A stretch of DNA of 64,000 bases, from the IMG/VR virus record IMGVR_UViG_3300028797_000106; one strand, given 5' to 3'. Origin of the DNA: a virus (lineage: Duplodnaviria; Heunggongvirae; Uroviricota; Caudoviricetes). Below, in pieces: positions 18,827-28,265 of the stretch (position 1 is the stretch's first letter; the number at the start of each line of letters is the position of its first letter). The notes under the pieces were generated by a model. That model was not told where the DNA came from. It was given only the letters and a program-made list of their open reading frames with translations, and did not search any database. Position numbers and translations under genes: made by a program.

Positions 18827-19204
18827 ATGCACTATAACATTGTCAAAATTGGAAAGGACGAAGGCCCTAGAGAAGTGCTTTGGACAGGAACCAACGAGGA
18901 AGATGCCTATCATGAGTTCGCCCGCATACTGATGAAAGAGTATGGTAAAGATTATTGCTTTGACATTAAGCACATTGAAGATGTCTCATTGCTTTATGAT
19001 ATGTTCATTATTGACAAGGATCATCACGGCGTCATTGAAATGAAAGACTATTTTCGTGTAGTTCGTCGTTCTTGCCGTAAATTCGCAAAATGGCACGGAG
19101 ATCCTAAGCATATCTTCTATGTTCATTGGTATAAAGACTTTGACGAGAACCGTCACTGGCATGAGTCGCTTTCAATTCAGACAGAGGACGATGATGCGGA
19201 ATAG
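18827..19204 (+). CDS. hypothetical protein
   Basis: aaggag RBS then ATG at 18827. Confidence 0.5.
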   Translation: MHYNIVKIGKDEGPREVLWTGTNEEDAYHEFARILMKEYGKDYCFDIKHIEDVSLLYDMFIIDKDHHGVIEMKDYFRVVRRSCRKFAKWHGDPKHIFYVHWYKDFDENRHWHESLSIQTEDDDAE

Positions 19205-19424
19205 ATTCGTATTGAAATGCAATGATTGGGAAGATCATAACAACCCAGTTTACGTCAAACATGTTGATTGGGAAAAAGACTGTTTATTTGGCTATGACGT
19301 AACTGAGGACATAACAAAAGCACAAAGATTTTCACAGAAAATGGCTTATAGGATGTCCGATGAAATTTACGATTCTTACTGTGATGATTTTGAGGTTATA
19401 AATACTTCGTATGAAGCAGATTAA
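19191..19424 (+). CDS. hypothetical protein
   Basis: Internal ATG minimising overlap with the previous gene. Confidence 0.4.
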   Translation: MMRNRFVLKCNDWEDHNNPVYVKHVDWEKDCLFGYDVTEDITKAQRFSQKMAYRMSDEIYDSYCDDFEVINTSYEAD

Positions 19425-20541
19425 CCGTTTTTGGAATGTTGCGGTACCGGGTATCGCCATTCCTACATGTATCGGTTCCGTCTATTGCTGGTCTCAGTTC
19501 TCAGCTGCACTTGCTGCAACATTCGGAATCTCTATTTTCGCAACCAACATCGGTTTCACCTTAATCATTTTCTTCCTTGGTGTCTTTGCGGCACTGTTTG
19601 GAAGGACGATTGAGGTCAACCCTAAGATTGGTGCCATTCTTTCAACCATCATTTTTGTTTCAGGCTTCTTGCTGTTGGGCCTTTCGGTCTATACAGGCTG
19701 CCTTCCGCTCTTTTACGCAGCGACTGCGACGATTGGCGCGGGCACAGGAATAGGATATGTCACACCGATTAAGACCTTGATGGCGTATTTTGCAGATCAT
19801 AAGGGTCTCGCAAGCGGTTTGGCTATCACAGGGTTCGGGCTGGCTAAGTTTATTGCCTCTCCGGCTATCGCTTTTTTGATTGCTGCTGTTCCTTTACATC
19901 AGGTTTTCATAATTCTTGGGCTCGTTTATGCAGTCATCATGACCATTTCAACGGTCTTGCTAAAGAAATATGATTTTGGACCTGAAATCCAGCACCCATT
20001 CAAGTATGGCGACATATTGAAGAGCAAAGAATGGTGGGCAATTTGGTTTATGTTCATGGTGAACATATCTTGTGGCCTATCTATCATCGCTCAGGAAGCA
20101 GCATTGCTTGGAATTATGGGCATTCCGTTCATCGCAGGCATTCTAGCGATGACAGCACTTGCCAATTCAGGTGGTCGCCTTGGTTTTTCAACATTGTCAG
20201 ATAAGATTGGCAGAAAGGCATCATACCATTTCGTTTGTTCATTTGGAATGCTCGGTGCTTTATTCTGTATCACGGGCAACCCTATCATGGCAGTAATCGG
20301 TATCTTCCTTTGTGAAGCAGCATACGGCGGAAATTTCTCTTGTTTGCCATCCTTGCTCGCAAAACGCTTTGGAATTTACAATTCTAGCAAGGTTCATGCT
20401 ATGACATTGACTGGCTGGAGCATTGGAGGCATCTTCGGACCGCTTCTAGCTGCGACATTTGTCGGCACCAACCTTTATATTGTGCTTGCTATCCTTTATT
20501 TCATTGCATTTACGGTAATGGAAATTTTCGTTCGGAAATAA
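19411..20541 (+). CDS. Major facilitator superfamily (MFS) transporter
   Basis: 376 aa, about 12 hydrophobic segments; MFS motif A-like GRLGFSTLSDKIGRK. Confidence 0.65.
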   Translation: MKQINRFWNVAVPGIAIPTCIGSVYCWSQFSAALAATFGISIFATNIGFTLIIFFLGVFAALFGRTIEVNPKIGAILSTIIFVSGFLLLGLSVYTGCLPLFYAATATIGAGTGIGYVTPIKTLMAYFADHKGLASGLAITGFGLAKFIASPAIAFLIAAVPLHQVFIILGLVYAVIMTISTVLLKKYDFGPEIQHPFKYGDILKSKEWWAIWFMFMVNISCGLSIIAQEAALLGIMGIPFIAGILAMTALANSGGRLGFSTLSDKIGRKASYHFVCSFGMLGALFCITGNPIMAVIGIFLCEAAYGGNFSCLPSLLAKRFGIYNSSKVHAMTLTGWSIGGIFGPLLAATFVGTNLYIVLAILYFIAFTVMEIFVRK

Positions 20542-20562
20542 ATACTGTATAAGGAGATTAAA

Positions 20563-20973
20563 ATGAAGATGACGCTAGATGAAGCTCTTGAAACATTGAA
20601 AAAGGCAGGCATGATTGCCGAAGGTTCAATGAGCCTTGAAGATAAGATTGCCAATGCAAAGAAATTCAATAAGCCATCAAAAGCCGATGTTCTCGAAATG
20701 GTTAAGGATCTTAACAACGGTCAGTGCGGAAGTTGGAAATTCAGACTCGACGGCAGCGCATCTGACTATTTCTCAATCATTGGCGAAAATGATGACTGGT
20801 ATGATGATGAAGAACGCATTGACCAGATTGAATGGGTATGGTATCTTGAAGATTGCCAGATTGACATTTACTATGGCAAGCAAAAGTATGGTGATGCTCT
20901 TGACAACGATACGGCAGAAGCCTTTACCGTGCAAGAACTAATGGATGTTATTAGAGACGATAAATACGTATAA
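20563..20973 (+). CDS. hypothetical protein (N-terminal LKKAGMIAE motif family)
   Basis: 136 aa. Confidence 0.5.
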   Translation: MKMTLDEALETLKKAGMIAEGSMSLEDKIANAKKFNKPSKADVLEMVKDLNNGQCGSWKFRLDGSASDYFSIIGENDDWYDDEERIDQIEWVWYLEDCQIDIYYGKQKYGDALDNDTAEAFTVQELMDVIRDDKYV

Positions 20974-21587
20974 TGCTTTTAGAACACGCAATGAAAGTTT
21001 TAGCTAAGAACGGCCTTATCTCAGAGGCCGAATTTAGCGACTTTATGAGAGGCGAGAAGGGCGGAGAACCGTTCTATGACCTGCCGAATGACTATTCTTA
21101 TACAGATGCTAAGAAATACTTCGCTGGAGCATTTGATAGCCGCATAACACCTGACGCAGATGAAGACTTGCTTGATAGAGTTTGGTTTACCAGAGTAAAG
21201 TCAGTAGACAAGGTAAGGTTTGAAAGAACATATAAGCAATTTGTTAAGTATCAGGATGGCGAGCCGCTCAAGCTCTACCGTGGCATTGTAATGTATGATG
21301 GAAAAGAACTTGACTTGGAAGACTCAGGGGTTTGCTGGACATTCAATCCGAAGAAAGCAAAAGAATGGGCAGAAGATGCATTTGAAAAGGCAGTGACTGT
21401 TTATCATAAAGACCCCGACCAAGCAGAAATGTATGTGCTGACTGCAATTACCGATATTGACAATGCAAGATTGCCTTATTCATTCTGGCTAGCTGGCAGA
21501 TTTGAAAGATCGGAATACGAAGTCAGATTGAAACACAGCATTCCCAAAGAGAAAATTAAATATAAGAGAATACCGAAAGAAGAATAA
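20973..21587 (+). CDS. hypothetical protein (N-terminal LAKNGLISE motif family)
   Basis: 204 aa; TAATG overlap. Confidence 0.5.
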   Translation: MLLEHAMKVLAKNGLISEAEFSDFMRGEKGGEPFYDLPNDYSYTDAKKYFAGAFDSRITPDADEDLLDRVWFTRVKSVDKVRFERTYKQFVKYQDGEPLKLYRGIVMYDGKELDLEDSGVCWTFNPKKAKEWAEDAFEKAVTVYHKDPDQAEMYVLTAITDIDNARLPYSFWLAGRFERSEYEVRLKHSIPKEKIKYKRIPKEE

Positions 21588-21611
21588 AGAACATTCACGG
21601 AAAATTTTTAG

Positions 21612-21641
21612 GTTCAGCGTCAAAAAGCGCTGAACTTTTTT
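21612..21641 (+). terminator. Rho-independent terminator followed by TATATTTT promoter-like box
   Basis: gttcagcg-tcaaaaag-cgctgaac hairpin with tttttt; preceded by gaaaattttt. Confidence 0.65.
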
Positions 21642-21689
21642 ATATTTTGAAAGGTTGATAAATATCCAAACATTTCAACAGGAGATAAT

Positions 21690-22187
21690 ATGATAGAAAA
21701 AAGAAAGATGACCAAGTTCCAGCTTAAGACAGCCTTTGAATACTTCAATGACTTGTTCATGAAGCCCGGTAAGAAGCCTGCATTCTCTGCGTTCGTTTTT
21801 GAAAACCATGAACGCCTCGTTCCGCATTACATTGCTTTGCAGAATGCTTGCTACGATGAACGCCGCGATGCTCAGTTCATTGAATATAATCAGCGTCTTC
21901 AGCAGTTGAAGGCAAAGTATGCCGTTATGGTTGATGGCAAGCCTGTCCTTCAGGAATCTGGTGATGTTCAACTCGATGTTAAGCGTGCCGATGAATTCCG
22001 CGGCGAACTTGAAAAGCTGAACGAAGAATTTAAGGACTTGATGAACCGCCTACAGAACAAGCAGAAGACAAACGGCGAAATCTATAACCAGGTCATTGAA
22101 ATTGAAGTGTCCACTCTCGGAATTACCTCCTTCATTGATGAATGCCCTCCGTTCATCGTTGGTCTCTTCCGCACAGGAGCTATCTAA
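21690..22187 (+). CDS. hypothetical protein
   Basis: ggagataat RBS; 165 aa. Confidence 0.5.
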   Translation: MIEKRKMTKFQLKTAFEYFNDLFMKPGKKPAFSAFVFENHERLVPHYIALQNACYDERRDAQFIEYNQRLQQLKAKYAVMVDGKPVLQESGDVQLDVKRADEFRGELEKLNEEFKDLMNRLQNKQKTNGEIYNQVIEIEVSTLGITSFIDECPPFIVGLFRTGAI

Positions 22188-22516
22188 TGAAATACTTTAT
22201 CACTGAGGGCGACTTTAACTGGGCTGATGAAATCAGCTTGGACGGTTTTGACCTTTGGACCGAAGAAGAACTGAATGAAGCCCGTAAAGATTTTGACAAG
22301 GGCGGAACTTTTTATGGCAAGAGCGTAAATGTTTACGTCGGTTCAAATGAAGATCAAGACATTGAAGCTGAAGATGTATTAGGCGAACTGCGCTACCCGC
22401 GTGAAATCACCGAAGCACAGTATAACGCTATTAAGGCCGTTTTCGGAACCTCTTACGGCAAGACATACTTCAATGAGTTCACAAACTATTTCTGTGACGA
22501 GGATGAAGATGACTGA
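22187..22516 (+). CDS. hypothetical acidic protein
   Basis: ATG overlapping the upstream stop (TAATGA). Confidence 0.45.
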   Translation: MKYFITEGDFNWADEISLDGFDLWTEEELNEARKDFDKGGTFYGKSVNVYVGSNEDQDIEAEDVLGELRYPREITEAQYNAIKAVFGTSYGKTYFNEFTNYFCDEDEDD

Positions 22517-22718
22517 TTCCTTTTACGTCATTTATGACAAAGTCAATAAAGATTATTTTATTGACAAGAATACAAGCACAGAAGATCCAATGGAAGCAAA
22601 GGTATTCTACGATGTTGAGTCAGCCAAGAAAAAGATTGATAAGCTTTACAACGGCGATGACTGCGCAGTTTACCGTGTTGATGTTGAATATACTCTAACG
22701 GAGGAAACAGATGGCTAG
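22503..22718 (+). CDS. hypothetical protein
   Basis: ATG at 22503 overlapping the previous stop. Confidence 0.45.
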   Translation: MKMTDSFYVIYDKVNKDYFIDKNTSTEDPMEAKVFYDVESAKKKIDKLYNGDDCAVYRVDVEYTLTEETDG

Positions 22719-22887
22719 GTATACGATTGAGTATTCAGACTGCGTAGAAGTTGAAGCAAGCTCTGAAGACGAAGCGATGTCAAAGGCTTGGGACAGGATG
22801 TTCTGCGACGGCCCTAAAGATTACCGTATGTGGTGCAGCTCTGTAGAAGGAGAAGATGAAGATGGCAACGACGAAGACGAAGACTAA
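22711..22887 (+). CDS. hypothetical small acidic protein (58 aa)
   Basis: ggaggaaacag RBS then ATG; below ORF-track cutoff. Confidence 0.35.
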   Translation: MARYTIEYSDCVEVEASSEDEAMSKAWDRMFCDGPKDYRMWCSSVEGEDEDGNDEDED

Positions 22888-23003
22888 CGAAGAACAGGTT
22901 GAAGCAAAACCAACCGATCCTTCGCAGTGGGATGTGAAAGATACCAAAGAACAACGTAAACATAATATGTGGGGCTCGCTGTCACAGGCGCTAGCCGACG
23001 CAT

Positions 23004-23555
23004 TTGAGGAACCAAACAATGTGTAATGAAAAAGAAGAAAGAGTAAAGCGCGAAATTGGCGCTCTCATGAACATGGCAGCACCGTCTGCAACATACCAGT
23101 TCAAAGTGGAATTTGAATTTCTAGAGGATTATGCCTGCTTGAACAAATTCTCCGAAGATCTCAGCCGTTGTGTTGCTGTGGTCAAGCCTCCGATGTACTC
23201 CTTCACAGATGGACGCTATTCCGAACTGCAGATTCAGTTCCAGGAAAAGGAAAACCGTTTCATCACGAAGTTCTTGAACTTGGTTATGGCCCAGCCGAAG
23301 TACCATCGCCCGCGTGTCAACGTTAAGATCATTGGACTTAACAATGATATGGAACATATCATGCATACAGATGTTTATACCGTGACATTCAATTCTGTTG
23401 ACATGCCGGCATTCGTCTACAAGCGTGGTGAAGCACCTGAACAGTTCGTTCTTGTGAATGCACAGGTTGAAGGACACTATGGCGATGCACACAAGGTTGA
23501 ATTTGTTGAAAAGAAACAGTACCAAACAGATGGAGCAATTCTCGATGGACAGTAA
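23004..23555 (+). CDS. hypothetical protein
   Basis: 183 aa. Confidence 0.5.
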   Translation: MRNQTMCNEKEERVKREIGALMNMAAPSATYQFKVEFEFLEDYACLNKFSEDLSRCVAVVKPPMYSFTDGRYSELQIQFQEKENRFITKFLNLVMAQPKYHRPRVNVKIIGLNNDMEHIMHTDVYTVTFNSVDMPAFVYKRGEAPEQFVLVNAQVEGHYGDAHKVEFVEKKQYQTDGAILDGQ

Positions 23556-23736
23556 TGAAAAAGGTTTCGTGACCGAAGTTCCGCTTACGGTAACGATCAG
23601 AACAACTACCAAGCCGTCTGCCGAGCAAATCAAGACGGTGTCAACCCTACTTAGCAAGCTGGCTCAGGAAATGGTGGTCAACACCGTTTATGAGATGGCC
23701 TTACAGGAAAAAGCAGCTAAAGAAGGAAACGCTTAA
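23545..23736 (+). CDS. hypothetical protein
   Basis: Internal ATG overlapping the upstream stop. Confidence 0.4.
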   Translation: MDSNEKGFVTEVPLTVTIRTTTKPSAEQIKTVSTLLSKLAQEMVVNTVYEMALQEKAAKEGNA

Positions 23737-24278
23737 TGGAAGATATCAAAGTAGAAGTTCTTCGCCACCCGACAGAAGAAGACTGGCAGTGGGTTAAGAA
23801 GCTTGCCCTCAACACGATGGGCAAGAACTACTTGATGGATAAAGAAATGTCTCTGGACTTGAAGAAGAAATATCTTCGTTCAGAGCATTCACCGATCCGC
23901 ACTTTGACCTTTATCATCCAGATGGAAATTCCTTACTGCAACTCGGTACATTTTGTTAGACACAAACTAGGTGTTGAACATTTTGTTCAGACGCAGAGAA
24001 ATGACCGTCAAAGCAATTATGACAGAAAGAAGGCACCACAAGACGCTCCGGTTTCGCATATCATGTATGTGAATGCTCAGGAACTCATGTTCATGGCTCG
24101 TAAGCGTCTATGCGGTAAGGCAGATCCAGATACTCAGAGAATCATGCGTGCTATCGTAAAAGAAGTACTCAAGACCAACCCTGAATTTGAAGATGTGCTT
24201 GTTCCGCAGTGCAAGTACTTACATGAATGCCCAGAATTCCAATCTTGTGGAAGATATCCTAAACATGATAACACTTGA
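23736..24278 (+). CDS. hypothetical protein
   Basis: 180 aa; weak FVRHK...QTQR resemblance to the ThyX RHR motif, considered insufficient. Confidence 0.45.
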   Translation: MEDIKVEVLRHPTEEDWQWVKKLALNTMGKNYLMDKEMSLDLKKKYLRSEHSPIRTLTFIIQMEIPYCNSVHFVRHKLGVEHFVQTQRNDRQSNYDRKKAPQDAPVSHIMYVNAQELMFMARKRLCGKADPDTQRIMRAIVKEVLKTNPEFEDVLVPQCKYLHECPEFQSCGRYPKHDNT

Positions 24279-24672
24279 AGACATTAAAAAATGGACGCCT
24301 GAGCCTGTTATGACAAAGAAGCAGGTTCAGGCTCTTCTTAACTCTCATCCTTTGATTTTGGAAACAGACTCAAAGCAGTACTATCACTTCAAAGATGCAC
24401 CAGATCTTAAGGTATGTCGCCTGACAAATGACTATCTTTATTTCAGCACGAACTGGCAAGCAAGATCTTGGGAATACGGTCAGAGACAAGAGTGGTACAT
24501 GGCTGAAACTGGTTATATGACACTGAATAAACATGATTGGCAAATCAGCACTATTAACATGATGATTGCCGGCTTGTGGAATCTTGCGCAGAATCATGAC
24601 CAGATGGCGGTTCAAGCAACAAAAGAAATCAAGAAAGCACAGCTGAAAATTGAAGCAGCGAAGATAAAATAA
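24265..24672 (+). CDS. hypothetical protein
   Basis: Start chosen to limit overlap; alternative ATG at 24223. Confidence 0.4.
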   Translation: MITLEDIKKWTPEPVMTKKQVQALLNSHPLILETDSKQYYHFKDAPDLKVCRLTNDYLYFSTNWQARSWEYGQRQEWYMAETGYMTLNKHDWQISTINMMIAGLWNLAQNHDQMAVQATKEIKKAQLKIEAAKIK

Positions 24673-24673
24673 C

Positions 24674-25495
24674 ATGCTCACATTGATATGTCTTACAAAG
24701 TCATATCGGATAGAGGATTTTGCAGCCTGGTTTGATTACCATTCATCACTGGGCTGCAATTTGTGTATATTAGATAATGACTCAACGGTAGATATTCATA
24801 CATATGTTTCAGAACACATGCGTGAAGGAATTTACTACCGACACATTTCAGGTTTCGCCGACCAGTGGAACCTATTCCGAGATATTCTTAACAGTAGGAC
24901 TGAAATTCAGTTCAAGGACGATGAACTTGTAATGTTCCTTGATGACGACGAATTCTTGTGGTTTGACGATAGCAAGTATTCGTCCTTAGAATGCGCATTA
25001 AGGGCTCAGTTCAGACAGTTGAGTTGTCTATTATTGCCTGAAATTTTATTGTCCACGCATCATTTAACGGAGGGTAGAAGCCAGATCCTACCCCTTGCCT
25101 CGTATTACCGAAGAAATGATCTGGCAACACAAGGTAAAGCGTGCATCTTGTGGGATCATTGGTCAAAGTATTCATATAACCTGAAAGATTTTGAAATCGG
25201 ACATGTGCCTTGGATAAACAAAATCAGGATGTCAGATGTAGTTGGGTCAGATGTTTCAAAATCCACTTATGGGTTGTGTAAATATGATGCTCCTGTAAGA
25301 CTGTATCATTATCACATCAAGTCTGCGGAGGATTGGAAAATCAAGATTGAGCGCGGAAGTGCAGCAACAGCGGCAGAACCCGGAAAAAATGGATCATATG
25401 ATTCGGACATCTTAAAGAATAAGAAGTATGGAGGGTATGATATCCCGGATTTTACTATGAAGAGAAAGATGGAAACTTTGTTAGGAAAATCCTGA
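24674..25495 (+). CDS. Putative GT-A-fold glycosyltransferase
   Basis: Acidic DxD-like motifs LDNDSTV and FLDDDEFLWFDD; 273 aa. Confidence 0.35.
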   Translation: MLTLICLTKSYRIEDFAAWFDYHSSLGCNLCILDNDSTVDIHTYVSEHMREGIYYRHISGFADQWNLFRDILNSRTEIQFKDDELVMFLDDDEFLWFDDSKYSSLECALRAQFRQLSCLLLPEILLSTHHLTEGRSQILPLASYYRRNDLATQGKACILWDHWSKYSYNLKDFEIGHVPWINKIRMSDVVGSDVSKSTYGLCKYDAPVRLYHYHIKSAEDWKIKIERGSAATAAEPGKNGSYDSDILKNKKYGGYDIPDFTMKRKMETLLGKS

Positions 25496-25565
25496 CATAG
25501 GGGTTTACAGGACGGGCAAAAATTGTTATATTTTAACTGTAAACAACAAACAAAAAGGAAACAAC

Positions 25566-25841
25566 ATGCCGAATTTGAACATCACTGAACCCGACTATTA
25601 CAAAATGGCAATGCAGGACTTGATGAAGCGTCAAGGACTTCAGTTTGAAGGTGTCCGAAATGACACTAGCCGTCCGTTTCCCATTGAAATGGACCGCAAT
25701 GCTCCGGGCATGAGCCTTGTTGTGAAATTGAATGATCCTGCCGCGGGAATCCCGATAAGAAAGATTTCGGATTTTGGCTCTCGCCGCATGGTTGAGAAAT
25801 TCAAATTTAACTCTGCCACAGGAAAGTGGGAGGAAGCATAA
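25566..25841 (+). CDS. hypothetical protein
   Basis: Preceded by the TTATATTTT box; 91 aa. Confidence 0.45.
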   Translation: MPNLNITEPDYYKMAMQDLMKRQGLQFEGVRNDTSRPFPIEMDRNAPGMSLVVKLNDPAAGIPIRKISDFGSRRMVEKFKFNSATGKWEEA

Positions 25842-26008
25842 TGACTGTTTGGTTTATCAAGAGCGCTAACGGAATTTGGCTGGAAAAGACATTCTTTTCC
25901 TACAATGACGCTGTGAAGAAAATCACCGCATTTGGGAAGGGCTCGGAAATTTACGAAGTGGACCTTGATACTCTTTCCAAGAAGCATCTTTGCTACACTT
26001 TCAGATAA
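25841..26008 (+). CDS. hypothetical small protein
   Basis: ggagg RBS then ATG at 25841. Confidence 0.4.
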   Translation: MTVWFIKSANGIWLEKTFFSYNDAVKKITAFGKGSEIYEVDLDTLSKKHLCYTFR

Positions 26009-26020
26009 GGAAAATTGAAA

Positions 26021-26449
26021 ATGAAGACACTTTACATCGTAAGAGGACCTGCGGGTTCTGGAAAGTCAACCTACTGCCGCAATGTGCTGCTTCCCAAGAT
26101 CTTTGAGGAAACAGGTGCGAAGATTGAAAACCGTGAAAATGATGCCTTCTTCACTGACGCTTGTGGAAACTACAATTGGGATCCCAAGAAGATGTGGCTC
26201 GCTATCAAGATCTGTCGCGGACAGGTTCAGCGTGACTTGGAGAAGTATGGCGTTGCCGTTGTTTCCAACACCTTCATTGACATGAGTTCTATGAAGGACT
26301 ACTTCAAGCTCGCGGAAGACATGGGCGCTGAGGTCAAGGTAATCCGAATGGGTAACTGGTATGGTTCAATTCATGGTGTTCCTGAGGACAAGATTCAACA
26401 GATGAAGGACAACATGGTTGATGTGCCGGGCGAGGAAATTGTAAAGTAA
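26021..26449 (+). CDS. Polynucleotide 5'-kinase (T4 Pnk kinase-domain-like P-loop kinase)
   Basis: LYIVRGPAGSGKST Walker A comparable to T4 Pnk ILTIGCPGSGKST; about 142 aa. Confidence 0.6.
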   Translation: MKTLYIVRGPAGSGKSTYCRNVLLPKIFEETGAKIENRENDAFFTDACGNYNWDPKKMWLAIKICRGQVQRDLEKYGVAVVSNTFIDMSSMKDYFKLAEDMGAEVKVIRMGNWYGSIHGVPEDKIQQMKDNMVDVPGEEIVK

Positions 26450-26457
26450 GGTAACTT

Positions 26458-26910
26458 ATGACAAAACAACAACATGCAAAGAAGCTTTATTGGGACTTGA
26501 TTAGAAAGGCGATTGCCCGTGAAAATGGACCAGGAAAATTGACAAAGAAAGACTTCGTGGAATATCATCATGCTATTCCGAAGTACTTGTTGAAGGACAA
26601 AGGACCTGTCCCATATAATGAAGTCGCATTAAGACCTCGTGAGCATGTTCTTGCGCATAAGTTGCTTGTCCGTGCTGGGATTGAAACGGTTCCTACATTC
26701 AAGAACAGCAAGAATACTGTTTATCTGGCTGCTATTCGGACGATGAATAAGAAGGGCGGTTGGTCAACCATCTTCGGAAAGGAACAGAAGGCAGTTGATA
26801 ACATTATGGGCATTCTTGGCTCAATGGGATTTGATAAAGAAAAAGGCAAAAAGATTGTTAAGAAATTATTAGAAGAAGGAATTTTACATGTTGATAAGAA
26901 ACGACTCTAA
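26458..26910 (+). CDS. HNH endonuclease-like protein (possible homing endonuclease)
   Basis: EYHHAIPKYL ... NEVALRPREHVLAHK His-rich HNH-like spacing; inserted between the kinase and phosphatase genes. Confidence 0.45.
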   Translation: MTKQQHAKKLYWDLIRKAIARENGPGKLTKKDFVEYHHAIPKYLLKDKGPVPYNEVALRPREHVLAHKLLVRAGIETVPTFKNSKNTVYLAAIRTMNKKGGWSTIFGKEQKAVDNIMGILGSMGFDKEKGKKIVKKLLEEGILHVDKKRL

Positions 26911-27664
26911 CACGCTGAAGGTTGCTGACGATAAGCGTCTTTGGTTTGTGTCAGACTTGCATCTGAACCACAAGAAGTTGTGTCATTCTTATCCAGATCA
27001 TTTTGAACAGACTCGCAAGTATGCAACTGTTGAGGAAATGAACGAGGATCTTATCAAGAATTGGAACGAAACCGTCGGAAAGGACGATGTCGTGATTTTC
27101 TTGGGTGATTTTTCCTTGGGAACCCCTCATGCACAACTTGCTCAGTTGTTCTTAACCACAATGGATAAGTTGAACGGACAGATTTATTGTATCCTGGGAA
27201 ACCACGATTATGAATTAAGAAGAAGACTTGAAAAGATAGGAGAAGACTCGGTCTTTGTTAAGTACTTGGTGATTGATTACAAGGGCAGACAGTACCTTGC
27301 ACAACATCATGACTTTGATGAAGTCAGGGAAAACGCATTTGACGCATTTGCTCATCACTTGTTTACTTATGATAAGGAACTTGTGTTTGTTCACGGACAT
27401 ACACATTCTACTCGTCAGATTTCAACATTCAACGAAAACTCCTGCATTCAGAACTGTGTATGCGTGGATATAAGATATGCTCCTATTCCGGCAAATCTTC
27501 TTCTGGGAAACAGTATAGATATTGAAAACACAAACATATCTGTAGAAGTGTTGGACTCAACAACCGCACAGAGTGAATTAGAAGAAGATGTGCTGCATCA
27601 TTGCTTTGAGGAAGGAGAAATAAATGGAGAAGTGGCTGGACAAGGTAATAAACAAGATAGCTGA
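26888..27664 (+). CDS. Calcineurin-like metallophosphoesterase (polynucleotide 3'-phosphatase candidate)
   Basis: Motifs WFVSDLHLNH, FLGDF, GNHD, HGHTH. Confidence 0.7.
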   Translation: MLIRNDSNTLKVADDKRLWFVSDLHLNHKKLCHSYPDHFEQTRKYATVEEMNEDLIKNWNETVGKDDVVIFLGDFSLGTPHAQLAQLFLTTMDKLNGQIYCILGNHDYELRRRLEKIGEDSVFVKYLVIDYKGRQYLAQHHDFDEVRENAFDAFAHHLFTYDKELVFVHGHTHSTRQISTFNENSCIQNCVCVDIRYAPIPANLLLGNSIDIENTNISVEVLDSTTAQSELEEDVLHHCFEEGEINGEVAGQGNKQDS

Positions 27665-27779
27665 CGCTTTTGGCGCCGACCCGATAACCGTGGTGACGCG
27701 GATTTTTGAAGGAGGCGTAATTGCCGGCATCCTGCTTTTCTTCGTTTTGATTTTCAGACTTTTCATTTAAGAGGTTTAT

Positions 27780-28142
27780 ATGAGCCGTTCATACCGTAAA
27801 GTTTCTAAGACTCCCGTTTGCTGCGTTGGACAGCGCGGCATCAAGGAATGGAAGCGCTACTCCGCAAAGCAGCGCCGCACCCACGAAAAGCAGCAGATGC
27901 TTGGCATTCATGAAGATGAAGAAGGATGGGACGAAGAAACATGCTTTGAAATCAAGTACCAAAAGGAAAGAAACACCAATGACTGGACTGGCCCGCATGA
28001 CGGCTGGAACACCATCGGTCCAAAGACCTGTGAACGCTGCATTGAGGAAAACCTCAAAGATTTTGAAGAAAACGGCCCGAACGGATTTTTCCATACCAAA
28101 CACGATATTGAAAAGTACCGTTGGCACTGCTTTGACAAATAA
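27780..28142 (+). CDS. hypothetical protein
   Basis: 120 aa, several Cys/His (CC...C..C...H..C). Confidence 0.45.
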   Translation: MSRSYRKVSKTPVCCVGQRGIKEWKRYSAKQRRTHEKQQMLGIHEDEEGWDEETCFEIKYQKERNTNDWTGPHDGWNTIGPKTCERCIEENLKDFEENGPNGFFHTKHDIEKYRWHCFDK

Positions 28143-28265
28143 GTATGCCGCAGAGTAATGAAGCTTTATTGGAATTAATGAACACTATATGGAAAGAACT
28201 TGAAAAACAACAAGACGCAAAGGAAAACCTCTGCGCCACAAAAACAACAGAAGAGGACAACTACG

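Noticed and set aside
22889-23015. Alternative-frame small ORF (MKMATTKTKTNEEQVEAKPTDPSQW...) overlapping the end of 22711-22887
   Set aside because: It is in a different frame from both neighbours and overlaps each. It cannot be separated from chance without comparative data.
23736-24278. Possible ThyX-like protein (FVRHK...QTQR resembles the ThyX RHRxxS...SQRY motif)
   Set aside because: The protein is only 180 aa, the spacing is off by one residue, and no second RHR or FAD-binding motif is seen. Kept as hypothetical.
28200-28265. N-terminal extension of the RNA ligase (MKNNKTQRK...)
   Set aside because: Position 28200 is TTG, and the extension is low-complexity and basic. The ATG at 28266 gives a protein whose N-terminus aligns with T4 Rnl1.
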